In this document: in pieces, positions 9,995 to 18,853 of the stretch
Layout: each line of letters starts with the position of its first letter
Numbering within the stretch: the first letter of the stretch is position 1
Source of the DNA: Patescibacteria group bacterium
GTDB taxonomy: Bacteria > Patescibacteriota > Minisyncoccia > Phycocordibacterales > JACZSL01
NCBI GenBank assembly: GCA_022561335.1
Contig: JADFRL010000001.1
Coordinates: 1 to 59,847 of the forward strand
DNA length: 59,847 nucleotides
Direction of reading: 5' to 3'
Made by a program: the position numbers and the translations under genes
Notes under the pieces: model-generated
The model's database searches: none
The model's input: only the letters and a program-made list of their open reading frames with translations
What the model was told of the DNA's origin: nothing

Positions 9995-10726
9995 CTAAAA
10001 TTCAAACGCACGCGCTCGAGCCGTCATGACTTCAGGGAGCGTCAGGGCAAATCCGTTTGACCCTCGATACATAAGTCTTCTTTTATCTGTCGAGATATGT
10101 CCGAGTCCTAAAACATGCCCCACTTCATGCGCAAGGACTCTAAAGTCAACGACTGTTGTAAAGTCAGCGACAAATACACTATGCATACCTCCAAATGCCA
10201 CTCCGTTTATTCCCTGAAGAGAACTGACTAAAAAAACATTGATACCCTTTTTATTATATTGGTCTGAAACGAAAGTAATGGTTCGAGGATAATCAAGAAG
10301 TGTTTGAATCTCACCGTCAGAAAGTACGATTTCAGTTATGCTTTCAATTTCAAGATCAATATCCGCCTGCTGCCAAATGACAGAAGCATTTGAAGTAAGC
10401 CTGTCCACGTCAGCACGCGTTCGGAGAGACCCCAGTATTTCATCGTTTCTAATTATAAATACAGTAAGCGGCACTGCCATTTTCTCAGCGGAGAGCAAGG
10501 TCTCTACCGGTTCTTGTTCAATTACTTGCGGAGTACGCTGATAGACAAAATATTGATATAAACCTGAAAGATGTACCATCCCAAGAATTGCAATAAGAGC
10601 AACCCCTGCTTTTAAAAGCGTGCGAATATGGTCCCACAGAGTTTCAGCTTGATCTTCTTCCGGTTCAAATAAATCTTGGTCTGGGAAATCAAAAAAATCT
10701 TTCCTATTATATTCACTGGATTTCAT
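9995..10726 (-). CDS. Membrane-anchored zinc metallopeptidase (metzincin-like)
   Basis: HEVGHVLGLGH (HExxHxxGxxH) followed by a Met-turn (RLMY); N-terminal TM. Confidence 0.8.
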   Translation of the reverse strand: MKSSEYNRKDFFDFPDQDLFEPEEDQAETLWDHIRTLLKAGVALIAILGMVHLSGLYQYFVYQRTPQVIEQEPVETLLSAEKMAVPLTVFIIRNDEILGSLRTRADVDRLTSNASVIWQQADIDLEIESITEIVLSDGEIQTLLDYPRTITFVSDQYNKKGINVFLVSSLQGINGVAFGGMHSVFVADFTTVVDFRVLAHEVGHVLGLGHISTDKRRLMYRGSNGFALTLPEVMTARARAFEF

Positions 10727-11429
10727 AAATCACGTCCTTCCGTTCAACAACAACCTTCCAACCCATTCGCTTCGCGTGCTTATAAAGAGCCGCATTGGGA
10801 TTAAAGCATATGGGAGTTTCAACAAGTTCAAGAAAAGGAACATCTACTTCGGTGTCACCTACACCTATTGAGCCTTTGAGTGTAAGGTTTTCTTTCTCCA
10901 CAGCGCGATGTACGATGTTGGCTTTATTGACAATAAGATGTAAGTCAATTATTTCACCTGTAAAGCGGTCCTCCGGACCGAGCTCATAGATACGTCCGTA
11001 CACCTTGTCAAATCCCAGGTTCTTACAAAAGCCCTCAAGAATTGTTTTGGGCGACTGAGATATCGCAAGTAAAAAGTAGCCCTTGCTTTTCAAATCATGA
11101 ATAAGATCCCTCGTATACCTATACACACGATGCTGCTGCTCTGCTATTACACTCTCTGCAACATCCGCAAAATCTCCATAATGCACTCCCTTAAGGTTTC
11201 TCATAAAAACCCGGACAAGTGCTTCTATGTAGTTTTCGTAGCTACCTCTCCTATCAAGCCACTCTAAATACTCCTTGTTATATTCCTTGACTATATTTTT
11301 TTCAAGAAAACCACCTTTAATGAGTTCATCTAAAAGCTCAGCAATGAGACTTGAGCGGAATATAGTCCCATCAACATCGAAAATAGCCACTTTGTGAGAT
11401 TGTCGATTATTGTCTGTATTATTTTTCAT
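10713..11429 (-). CDS. HAD-IB family phosphatase (SerB-like)
   Basis: FDVDGT, ISQS, GDTEVD and FNP motifs. Confidence 0.88.
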   Translation of the reverse strand: MKNNTDNNRQSHKVAIFDVDGTIFRSSLIAELLDELIKGGFLEKNIVKEYNKEYLEWLDRRGSYENYIEALVRVFMRNLKGVHYGDFADVAESVIAEQQHRVYRYTRDLIHDLKSKGYFLLAISQSPKTILEGFCKNLGFDKVYGRIYELGPEDRFTGEIIDLHLIVNKANIVHRAVEKENLTLKGSIGVGDTEVDVPFLELVETPICFNPNAALYKHAKRMGWKVVVERKDVIYEIQ

Positions 11430-11676
11430 ATATCCGCTTCCACCAATATACTCCCTGCCAAAAACCTACTAGGATTCCAAACACAAGAAAGGTCGCCGCG
11501 AATACAGTATGAATGGTAAACCATGTAGTAAATTCAAATCCCAATCCAAACACACCGTAATTTGTAAGGAGTAATTTAATATAGACTATTTCAACAACTG
11601 CATGAATTAAAAACTGAGCGAGTACCCCCAATAGCACAAAGAGGAATATATATACTACTTGTTTAGGAGAAATCAC
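11419..11676 (-). CDS. Small membrane protein
   Basis: 85 aa, two TM helices, overlaps the start of the HAD gene. Confidence 0.7.
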   Translation of the reverse strand: MISPKQVVYIFLFVLLGVLAQFLIHAVVEIVYIKLLLTNYGVFGLGFEFTTWFTIHTVFAATFLVFGILVGFWQGVYWWKRIYEK

Positions 11677-11883
11677 TTTAACATTTAAGACAAACTCTAC
11701 TTAACGTTCCTGACAGTATTCATTGCGGCGTCGTGCTTTGCTTTCATGACATTGCGGAATTCACCGTCAAGGATAACACCGGTAAAGAAAGTGACAATAT
11801 TAAGCTTCCAGAAAAAAAATAAGAAACTTTTTAATCATATGCCCCACTCTACTCCTCTTTTTTTGCGATGTAAAGAAAGAAAA

Positions 11884-12564
11884 CTACTTGGCTTTAGGCC
11901 ATAGGCGAGCGGCTTTGGGGTAGATTTTTGTGAGAGGATGGTCAATACAATCATGTTTGCGTGCTCCACACACTTGTCTGCCATATTCAATCATATAGTA
12001 GGTAAAGTTAAACCATTCTTTCTTTGGCAAGAGTCTCATTAAATCCTGCTCAATACGGACCGGATCAGTGTAGCCAGAAAGATCAAAGCGTATTGCAAAT
12101 CGCCGTACATGTGTATCAACAGCAATACCCAAAACTATGCCGTAAGCGTTGCCAAGCACCACGTTCGCAGTCTTTCGAGCTACTCCCGGAATAGTAAGCA
12201 TCTCCTCCATAGTTTCGGGGACCTTGCCGCTAAACTTTTCCTTTATTACCTTAGCGGCACCCAAGACATTTTTCGCTTTATTTTTATAGAACCCTGTTGA
12301 TTTAATCGCCTCTTCAAATTGAGCCACATCAGCATTTACATAACCATCAAGTGTCACATATTTTTTAAATAACTCTTCAGTAACACTATTCACCATTTTG
12401 TCTGTACATTGCGCCGAAAGTATTACGGCAACTAAAAGCTCAAAATTATTGGAATAGTTGAGTACCATGCTGGCATGGGGAAAGAGTTCTTTAAGTTTTG
12501 AAAGTAATTTCAAAATCCGCTTCTTCCGCTCCGCTATTTTTTTTTCTACCCTATTCATGTTCAC
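11884..12564 (-). CDS. nth: Endonuclease III
   Basis: LLVAVILSAQCTD, GFYKNKA, PGVARKTANVVL and IAVDTHV. Confidence 0.93.
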   Translation of the reverse strand: MNMNRVEKKIAERKKRILKLLSKLKELFPHASMVLNYSNNFELLVAVILSAQCTDKMVNSVTEELFKKYVTLDGYVNADVAQFEEAIKSTGFYKNKAKNVLGAAKVIKEKFSGKVPETMEEMLTIPGVARKTANVVLGNAYGIVLGIAVDTHVRRFAIRFDLSGYTDPVRIEQDLMRLLPKKEWFNFTYYMIEYGRQVCGARKHDCIDHPLTKIYPKAARLWPKAK

Positions 12565-12592
12565 ACGCTTTTTGTTGTAGCATAACTATAGT

Positions 12593-12626
12593 ACCAAAAA
12601 CCACCCCGGCCGGGGTGGTTTTTGGT
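12593..12626. terminator. Perfect 34-bp palindrome, probable intrinsic terminator
   Basis: ACCAAAAACCACCCCGGCCGGGGTGGTTTTTGGT. Confidence 0.8.
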
Positions 12627-13063
12627 GTAGTTAGAAACACAGTCAAGAGCATGCTGGCAACGGAAACTAAAGATACACGAGCTAATACTCTTCTTCTTGT
12701 TTATGTGTGACTAATGCGACCCAGTCTTGTTAGTGTTGAGTATTTGGTTGGTGCTTATATGTGTGAGGTCTAATGCCGCCTACGGCAAATAAAAATACTG
12801 ATGTTAAATCAGTGCTTAACTGAGCCGCCACCGAAATCTTGTTAGTCACATCAGGAGAGCCAATATAGTTGAAAGTAATTGTGTGACTGCCTGAAAACTT
12901 AGAAACACGTACATAATTTTCAGTCAACGTAAATAGCCTATATTTTCTACGTTATCCTACTCTCAATTGGCAACTGTTTTCCCTACAGCTATTCCGATTT
13001 TGATAAGTGTCAAAAAACGGATGTTGATGCCCAAAATACACTACCAGGCCAAAGCATCAAACT
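12593..13063 (-). ncRNA. Candidate structured non-coding RNA (~470 nt), unclassified
   Basis: TATAAT at 13070-13075 (minus strand), at least seven consecutive stem-loops, ends at the palindromic terminator; no convincing ORF. Confidence 0.4.
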
Positions 13064-13102
13064 AATCCAATTATACCGCTTATTTAAGCTATAAATTCTG
13101 CC

Positions 13103-13111
13103 TTATCCACA
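13103..13111. promoter_or_regulatory. DnaA-box consensus nonamer TTATCCACA
   Basis: Exact match, 33 nt from a minus-strand -10 hexamer. Confidence 0.55.
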
Positions 13112-13157
13112 GATATAAACAGGTTAATAACTTACTATGAATATGGTTTCCACATAC

Positions 13158-13733
13158 TTACTGACTTAAGCGACGCAGCTTTTTATACCGAAAACAGCTT
13201 GCAACATGATCATTTGCAAGTCCTGACGCTTGCATGAAAGCATAGATTATAGTTGACCCCACAAAGCTAAACCTTCGTTTTTTAAGATCTATACTTAATG
13301 CATCAGATTCACTAGAGGTAGCCGGAATTTGTTCAAATGATTTCCAATTGCCTACCTTTGGTTTTCCTCCGACAAATTTCCATACATAACTATCAAAACT
13401 CCCGTATTCTTTTTGAATTTCTAAGAAAAGTCGCGCATTGCTTACAGCTGCGTTAACTTTAAGCCGATTACGAACTATACCTTCATCTGTAAGAAGACGT
13501 TTAATATCCACTCTCCTATATTTTGCAACTCTTTTTGGATTAAAGTTATCAAACGCTTTTCTAAAATGTTCACGTTTGTTTAAAATAGTTGACCAAGACA
13601 GTCCCGCTTGAAACGAATCAAGAAGTAAAAATTCAAATAATTTTCTATCATTATGCAGGGGTACACCCCACTCGGTATCGTGGTATCTCTCCATAAGCGT
13701 ATCCCCCTGGCTCCAACCACACCGCTTCTTCAT
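13158..13733 (-). CDS. tag: DNA-3-methyladenine glycosylase I
   Basis: RCGW, YHDTEWGVP, FQAGLSWSTILNKRE, GIVRNRLKV and NDHVASC. Confidence 0.95.
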   Translation of the reverse strand: MKKRCGWSQGDTLMERYHDTEWGVPLHNDRKLFEFLLLDSFQAGLSWSTILNKREHFRKAFDNFNPKRVAKYRRVDIKRLLTDEGIVRNRLKVNAAVSNARLFLEIQKEYGSFDSYVWKFVGGKPKVGNWKSFEQIPATSSESDALSIDLKKRRFSFVGSTIIYAFMQASGLANDHVASCFRYKKLRRLSQ

Positions 13734-13794
13734 TACCACGATTATCACACAAATCCTAAAAAATGTGTACGAGCTTCAAGTCAGTATAGTGAGC

Positions 13795-14068
13795 AAAAAG
13801 CGGCCAGCATACAGATTTCTCTGATACGCTGACCGCTTCTCTACAGGCTGCACCAAAACTTTCGAAAGGTAATTATGTCACATGGTCCTAATTGCGATCT
13901 CCTCCGAGACAGACCGCCCGCTTACGCGGATTCCCGGTCAACGTACATCGCAAAAGAGTTGCGCCCTTCTTAGATTCACGCTTTGGCTTGTCACCAGCCG
14001 GATCTGCCTGATGGCTGACCTCGACGATTGGACGATTCCATCGTCCTGCACATCTGCTGGTCCGTTCT
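13795..14068 (-). ncRNA. Candidate structured non-coding RNA (~270 nt), unclassified
   Basis: TTGATT-17-GATACT promoter (14103-14075), several GC-rich hairpins including GNRA loops, terminator at 13795-13838. Confidence 0.42.
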
Positions 14069-14174
14069 ATTTTCAGTATCCAACGATTTCAACAAGAAAT
14101 CAACAAGTTATCAACAGTTTATTAAAGCTGTCAAATTTACACAAACTACTAGTAAAATATAACTTAAAATAAAG

Positions 14175-14210
14175 ATAGGCGGCCACATAAAACAGTGGCC
14201 GCCCTAAAAA
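14175..14210 (-). terminator. Intrinsic terminator-like hairpin
   Basis: GGCGGCCAC...GTGGCCGCC stem downstream of the 53-aa ORF. Confidence 0.65.
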
Positions 14211-14252
14211 CATGAGTGAACTTGACCTTTTTATGACCTTGCCGGTATTAGA

Positions 14253-14414
14253 TTAACCAGCTTCACCGTCCTCACCTCCGGGGACCTTATCCAAGCCTGC
14301 AGCGTCCGGATGGGCAGTGCGGAAAGCACCTTCCGAATTGTACGGGGTGTGTTTCTCAACCCCACAACAGAACACAGCTTCCACTATTGACTCGTCTTCT
14401 GGCTTAGTTCCCAT
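14253..14414 (-). CDS. Small acidic hypothetical protein (53 aa)
   Basis: GAGGAG RBS before ATG 14414, TTGCTT-17-AATAAT promoter, downstream hairpin. Confidence 0.55.
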   Translation of the reverse strand: MGTKPEDESIVEAVFCCGVEKHTPYNSEGAFRTAHPDAAGLDKVPGGEDGEAG

Positions 14415-14481
14415 GGTATGGGTCTCCTCATCGAACAGTTCTATCCGCATTATTCAATAGAATAAGAGATAAAGCAACGGT

Positions 14482-14490
14482 TTATCCACA
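14482..14490. promoter_or_regulatory. DnaA-box consensus nonamer TTATCCACA
   Basis: Exact match, 4 nt upstream of a minus-strand -35. Confidence 0.55.
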
Positions 14491-14536
14491 TGTTTTTATT
14501 GAAATAAGTAATTTTTTGAAATTACCTTCACCTCCT

Positions 14537-14737
14537 TTAAAGCAAGCCATCGAGGGAGGTATAGGTATCGAGAAAAGAAGGTATTGCAAAAAACAATCCT
14601 ATTAAGGGCAGAACAAATACAACAACAGATACAATGAGTACCCACAAGAAATATCTTCTGGTCTTTTCCACTGACACATATATTTTGTTTAACAATTCCC
14701 TATTTTCTTTAAGTTTCTGAAATAGTTCGTTTTCCAT
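14537..14737 (-). CDS. Small single-pass membrane protein
   Basis: 66 aa; IYVSVEKTRRYFLW followed by a TM helix. Confidence 0.75.
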   Translation of the reverse strand: MENELFQKLKENRELLNKIYVSVEKTRRYFLWVLIVSVVVFVLPLIGLFFAIPSFLDTYTSLDGLL

Positions 14738-14779
14738 ACTACTTATTAGTTTTTATTAACATTTCTTACTTTCTTGCCC

Positions 14780-14913
14780 CATTCAAAGCGCGGAGATTCC
14801 CCTCCCGCGTTGTGCTATGACAACAAGCCACCACTCTCCTATGCGGCAGGAGTCCGCTCCCAACCATACTGCTTTTTTCTGGACCAATACCGCTTTTGCC
14901 CTTTGCCTTGCAT
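14780..14913 (-). pseudogene. Degraded small membrane protein gene (YWF..K.YGWGWTP..W.GW-like family)
   Basis: MQGKGQKRYWSRKKQYGWERTPAA*E, then frameshifted WLVVI; TAG at the position expected for Trp. Confidence 0.45.
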
Positions 14914-15028
14914 ATTCATAACTATAACAAAATAAGTCTGCTAAAGAAATAAAGGACATAGCATACGCTCACTCGTTTATGAATACATAATTTAGAGCAT
15001 GGCTAAAATAAGACAACGTAGAAACTAA

Positions 15029-16336
15029 TTACATCTGCTCTATCCTTGGGTACTTTACCGCATCAATTTTCTTAAGCTGCTCCACTATTTCTAAGTTCTG
15101 GAGCGTTGCACTTATCTCACGATGTATTCTTTCAATGGTGCCAGAACCATCGATACCCTCTCCACTTATAAGAGGATTACCTAGATACCTGACTTTACCA
15201 CTGCCTTTGATAACAGCGTTAAGTTCTTCCTCCACATTGACAAAGACGTCACCTGAACCGGTGATGCGAACACCTGCCTCACGGCTAACCAAATTGGAAG
15301 CCTCGTAACTTCCCGAACCGTTTATATGGATGATTTGGCGTGTTGTGGTTCCCGAAAGTGTATATCTTCCTGAACCAAATAAAACGGCAATTACTTCATT
15401 TGCTCTAATATCATTCATTTCAACATTACCGGAACCTCTAATAGAGAGCTCAAGCTTATCGGCATTAATACCGGTACTTTGAACAGATCCTGAGCCAGTG
15501 AGATACACAGCCTCAAGATCAGTCACGGTCACAAGATATGTTGATACCGCTTTTCGATAAAGCAATATTTCTAGTAAAGAACGGGAGGCTGACAAATGCA
15601 ATTCTCCATCCAAAACTTCTGTCTTGATACTGTCAATAATACTGGCATCAGCTTTTACAGTAAGAGACACTTCCTTTCCTTGTTTAATAACAAGATTGCC
15701 GGCACCGAGAAATACGATACTGGTGAAAGGGGCCGCTTCGCGTTTCTCTTCAATTATATTTCCTGACAGTCGTCCGCCTATGATCCTTCCGTCTCCAAAC
15801 AACATGCTAAATACAATGACAACGACAAGGAGCGCCGACGCAACTCCTATTATTTTGCCCCATCCTTTCCAAAAATATACCACTACAAGTCCAAAGAAAA
15901 TTAAAATAAGCGGCCAAAACTTTAAAACATCAACGTTTACGGTATCAAAGAGTTCAAGATTTCTTCCGAGATACACCAGACCAACAAAAATAAATACTAC
16001 TCCCAAAAAGAAGCGGGGGGCAACGAATCGATGTCTTTTGCGGCCTTGATGGTGGTGGATTTCTTGACTTTCTACAGTAGGTGGTTCCCCGTAAAGACCC
16101 TGAGCAGACTCTTCTTTAAACAAATCCGGCAATACGTCTGATATGGACTGCATTGTATTCTCTTCTTCAGTATATGCCGGTCCCATTAATATAACGGACT
16201 CCTCATCGCGTTCTTTTTTCTTCTTATTTTTAGATTCTGCTCTCGATTGAACAGTTTCACTTTCTGTTTTTTTATCCTTCTCTTTTTTTCCTCCTTCACC
16301 AGGATGTTCATGTTTACCTCTGGGTTCTTTTGCCAT
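15029..16336 (-). CDS. LiaF/DUF5668-like TM domain plus DUF2807 (GIN) repeat domain protein
   Basis: FWPLILIFFGL TM motif; repeated GSGxV/GSGxY units in the C-terminal half. Confidence 0.8.
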   Translation of the reverse strand: MAKEPRGKHEHPGEGGKKEKDKKTESETVQSRAESKNKKKKERDEESVILMGPAYTEEENTMQSISDVLPDLFKEESAQGLYGEPPTVESQEIHHHQGRKRHRFVAPRFFLGVVFIFVGLVYLGRNLELFDTVNVDVLKFWPLILIFFGLVVVYFWKGWGKIIGVASALLVVVIVFSMLFGDGRIIGGRLSGNIIEEKREAAPFTSIVFLGAGNLVIKQGKEVSLTVKADASIIDSIKTEVLDGELHLSASRSLLEILLYRKAVSTYLVTVTDLEAVYLTGSGSVQSTGINADKLELSIRGSGNVEMNDIRANEVIAVLFGSGRYTLSGTTTRQIIHINGSGSYEASNLVSREAGVRITGSGDVFVNVEEELNAVIKGSGKVRYLGNPLISGEGIDGSGTIERIHREISATLQNLEIVEQLKKIDAVKYPRIEQM

Positions 16337-16346
16337 AAAAATAATA

Positions 16347-16802
16347 CTATTCCTTTTTGAAGATAAAATATAAACCAATAAAAATTAGAAACATTGGCCA
16401 TATAATTTCAAACCTAAGTAAATCAGCGGAAAAGAAATTTGAAAGCAGTGCGACTGTACCAATGAGAATGACTATAAGAGCAATGACAATTTCCCCTGCA
16501 CTTCTTTTTTTGAGAACTTCACCGACAGTCGTAAAAACATTTGAGGATGCACTTTTTGAACTGCCGCCTGCAGGTTCATGTGTGTGCACTGCGACCTTAT
16601 TTTCAGAAGAAGTCTCTCCGCGCCCAAGGGGGACAACGAACCATAAAATTATGTATAGAAGCAGACCAATTCCATTAACAAATGTCAATACAACAAACAG
16701 AACTCTAAAAATTACAGGATCAACATCAAAATAATCACCCAGACCGCCGCAAATGCCACCAATAATCTTATCCTTCTGTGAGCGATAGAGCCTTTGTTGC
16801 AT
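16347..16802 (-). CDS. pspC: PspC domain membrane protein with DUF5668-like C-terminus
   Basis: RLYRSQKDKIIGGICGGLGDYFDVDPVIFR...LYIILWFVVP; IWPMFLIFIGL. Confidence 0.88.
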   Translation of the reverse strand: MQQRLYRSQKDKIIGGICGGLGDYFDVDPVIFRVLFVVLTFVNGIGLLLYIILWFVVPLGRGETSSENKVAVHTHEPAGGSSKSASSNVFTTVGEVLKKRSAGEIVIALIVILIGTVALLSNFFSADLLRFEIIWPMFLIFIGLYFIFKKE

Positions 16803-17092
16803 ATGTTGAACAGTCATACCGATTGTGGCCATTATAGCTATGAAATTAAATCGTGCAACTGTAACACTCTGAACACTTTTTTTTGACAGAGGTCCTCGGC
16901 CCCGCCTGCCAGTCGTCCGATGCTCATTATATTGTCCCATACAATATGTACAGAATGCTCCCCCTGCTTCCTTTGGCCCTATCAGCCGCTCTTACATTGC
17001 CGGACAGGTGAAAATGCAAAAGTAAAACTTTTGCATTTCGCTCGCTCTGCGTCGCTCATAAGATAAGATAAAATATGTAGTATAGTAACAAA

Positions 17093-17989
17093 ATGCTAAG
17101 CAAAATTTTTACTTTCATTGCAGTCATAGGCTTATTGTTCTTCTTTATGTTCATAGGTCTAACACTTACCCAAACGGTATGTGACAACGTACTTCGTTAT
17201 ACTATTGGAAACTTTGACGATCGCTTTGAAATAAGCAAAGCAGATTTCAAAGCGACTCTCCTTGAAACTGAACGTATTTGGGAGAGTGCTTTTGCTTTCA
17301 ATTTATTTGAATATGACAGCGAAGCAGAATTTAAAATTAATCTTGTATTTGATGAAAGGCAACAATTTAGTCTTGAAGAAAAGATCTTTCGAGGAAAATT
17401 AGAAAGTTCTGAAACCGGTCGAGATTCATTTACCGAAGAATATAAAACATTAACAGAAAAGTATTCGAGTACGGCTCGAGAATATGAAATAGATTTCGCT
17501 CTTTATGAAAAGCACCTCCGTCAATATAATGTCACAGTAAGCAGGTGGAATGAAAGAGGTGGGTCGCCCCCGCAGGTTTATGAGCGGCTCGAGAGAGACA
17601 AAAGTATTTTAGAAAAAGAAGTGGGAAAGCTTGAGCAAAAACGTTTTAACTTAAATAGTCTCGCTGAAAAAATAAACAATGTCGCAAGAGAGAACAATCG
17701 ACTAATTGATGCCTATAATACAGATATATTAACCTACAACAATAAATTTGGAATGCAAAGAGAATTTGATCAGGGCGATTATCGTGGAAATGAAATCAAC
17801 ATTTATCAATTTGATACGCTAAATGATTTGCGTCTAACAATTGCACATGAATTGGGCCACGCGCTCAGACTCTCTCATGTCGATAACTCGTCATCAGTAA
17901 TGTATTACCTCATGGGCGAGCAAAATTTATTAGATCTTAAATTGACAGAAGAAGATATAGAGGCTTTGACACTAGAGTGCGGTCTTTAA
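17093..17989 (+). CDS. Matrixin-family metalloprotease with coiled-coil insert
   Basis: HELGHALRLSH and SVMY Met-turn; N-terminal signal/TM segment. Confidence 0.85.
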   Translation: MLSKIFTFIAVIGLLFFFMFIGLTLTQTVCDNVLRYTIGNFDDRFEISKADFKATLLETERIWESAFAFNLFEYDSEAEFKINLVFDERQQFSLEEKIFRGKLESSETGRDSFTEEYKTLTEKYSSTAREYEIDFALYEKHLRQYNVTVSRWNERGGSPPQVYERLERDKSILEKEVGKLEQKRFNLNSLAEKINNVARENNRLIDAYNTDILTYNNKFGMQREFDQGDYRGNEINIYQFDTLNDLRLTIAHELGHALRLSHVDNSSSVMYYLMGEQNLLDLKLTEEDIEALTLECGL

Positions 17990-18230
17990 AATCGAGTGCT
18001 CAAATCAATATAAGCTTCGTCTATACTTGTAACTTGTACAGCTCCTGAATATTTTCTGCGATTCTAATTATTTTGAGAGATGCTTCACTATAGCGCCTAA
18101 AACCAGGGGTAATAAAGACAACAGTAGACTCCCCCGTCTTTGACTTATCAGCCTCGCTTAGAGTATTCAAATGAGTAAAAAGTGACATGGCCTAATGTCG
18201 ATGTGTTTTCATAATATCATACTCAAAAAG
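17986..18230 (-). pseudogene. dinB: DNA polymerase IV (DinB) remnant
   Basis: Minus strand reads VVFITPGFRRYSEASLKIIRI, then after a frameshift KYSGAVQVTSIDEAYIDLS (Y-family SIDEAYxD motif); stop follows immediately. Confidence 0.7.
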
Positions 18231-18264
18231 TACCCTAAACAGCTCTGAAAAACTATATCATCTG

Positions 18265-18831
18265 CTAAAAAAACTTAAATAAACTAATCACACCAAATGA
18301 AGCAAGTATGGTAAATATAATGTTTCCAAGGAAAAGTGAAATAAAAACATGGGTAAAGCGATACCTTAGAAAGCCAAGGGGAATTACTAGTACTTCGTTT
18401 GGAAAGGGGGCAAAGGAAGCAAAAAAGAATAAAGCGACTATGGGTGCAAGATAATGTCTTGATTTCATTTTATCAAGACGTTTAAATATTTTTTTGTGAT
18501 GCCATGGCAAGACAAGTCTCCTGCTTGAACGGCCAATAGCATATCCCAACAGATCAGCAACGGTAAGTCCCAACACCATAACGATAACCACTGCCCAAAA
18601 ACTAAGTCCCGCTTCAAGAAAGAGCGGGACAAACGTAACAACGGGTATAGGAATAATGATATTGAATCCGCTTATGACAGATACAATAAATATGCCAACA
18701 TAACCGTATTGAAATATAATGTCGGCAATTATACTGCTACTTTCAGCAAGGTGGGCAAGCCAAAAAGCCAGCGCCAAAATTAATATTATGCCTATCAATT
18801 TTAAAATAGGGCTCAAAATCTTGTATGTCAT
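18265..18831 (-). CDS. VTT/DedA-family membrane protein
   Basis: ADLLGYAIGR and PFPNEVLVIPLG motifs; hydrophobic. Confidence 0.78.
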   Translation of the reverse strand: MTYKILSPILKLIGIILILALAFWLAHLAESSSIIADIIFQYGYVGIFIVSVISGFNIIIPIPVVTFVPLFLEAGLSFWAVVIVMVLGLTVADLLGYAIGRSSRRLVLPWHHKKIFKRLDKMKSRHYLAPIVALFFFASFAPFPNEVLVIPLGFLRYRFTHVFISLFLGNIIFTILASFGVISLFKFF

Positions 18832-18853
18832 CTATCTTTTTTATACTACGGAT

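Noticed and set aside
13882..14172. 96-aa plus-strand ORF
   Set aside because: No RBS or recognisable motif; it is antisense to a promoter-terminator unit and crosses the promoter.
13100..14490. Replication origin
   Set aside because: The DnaA-like boxes are single and dispersed, with no dense cluster and no dnaA/dnaN nearby.
16803..16940. Long N-terminus of the PspC ORF
   Set aside because: It runs through the promoter and a repeat; the PspC domain starts at MQQRLYRS.
16955..16990. SRP RNA-like AGG..CC..GGAAGCAG on the minus strand
   Set aside because: No GNRA tetraloop, and the flanking helix does not pair.
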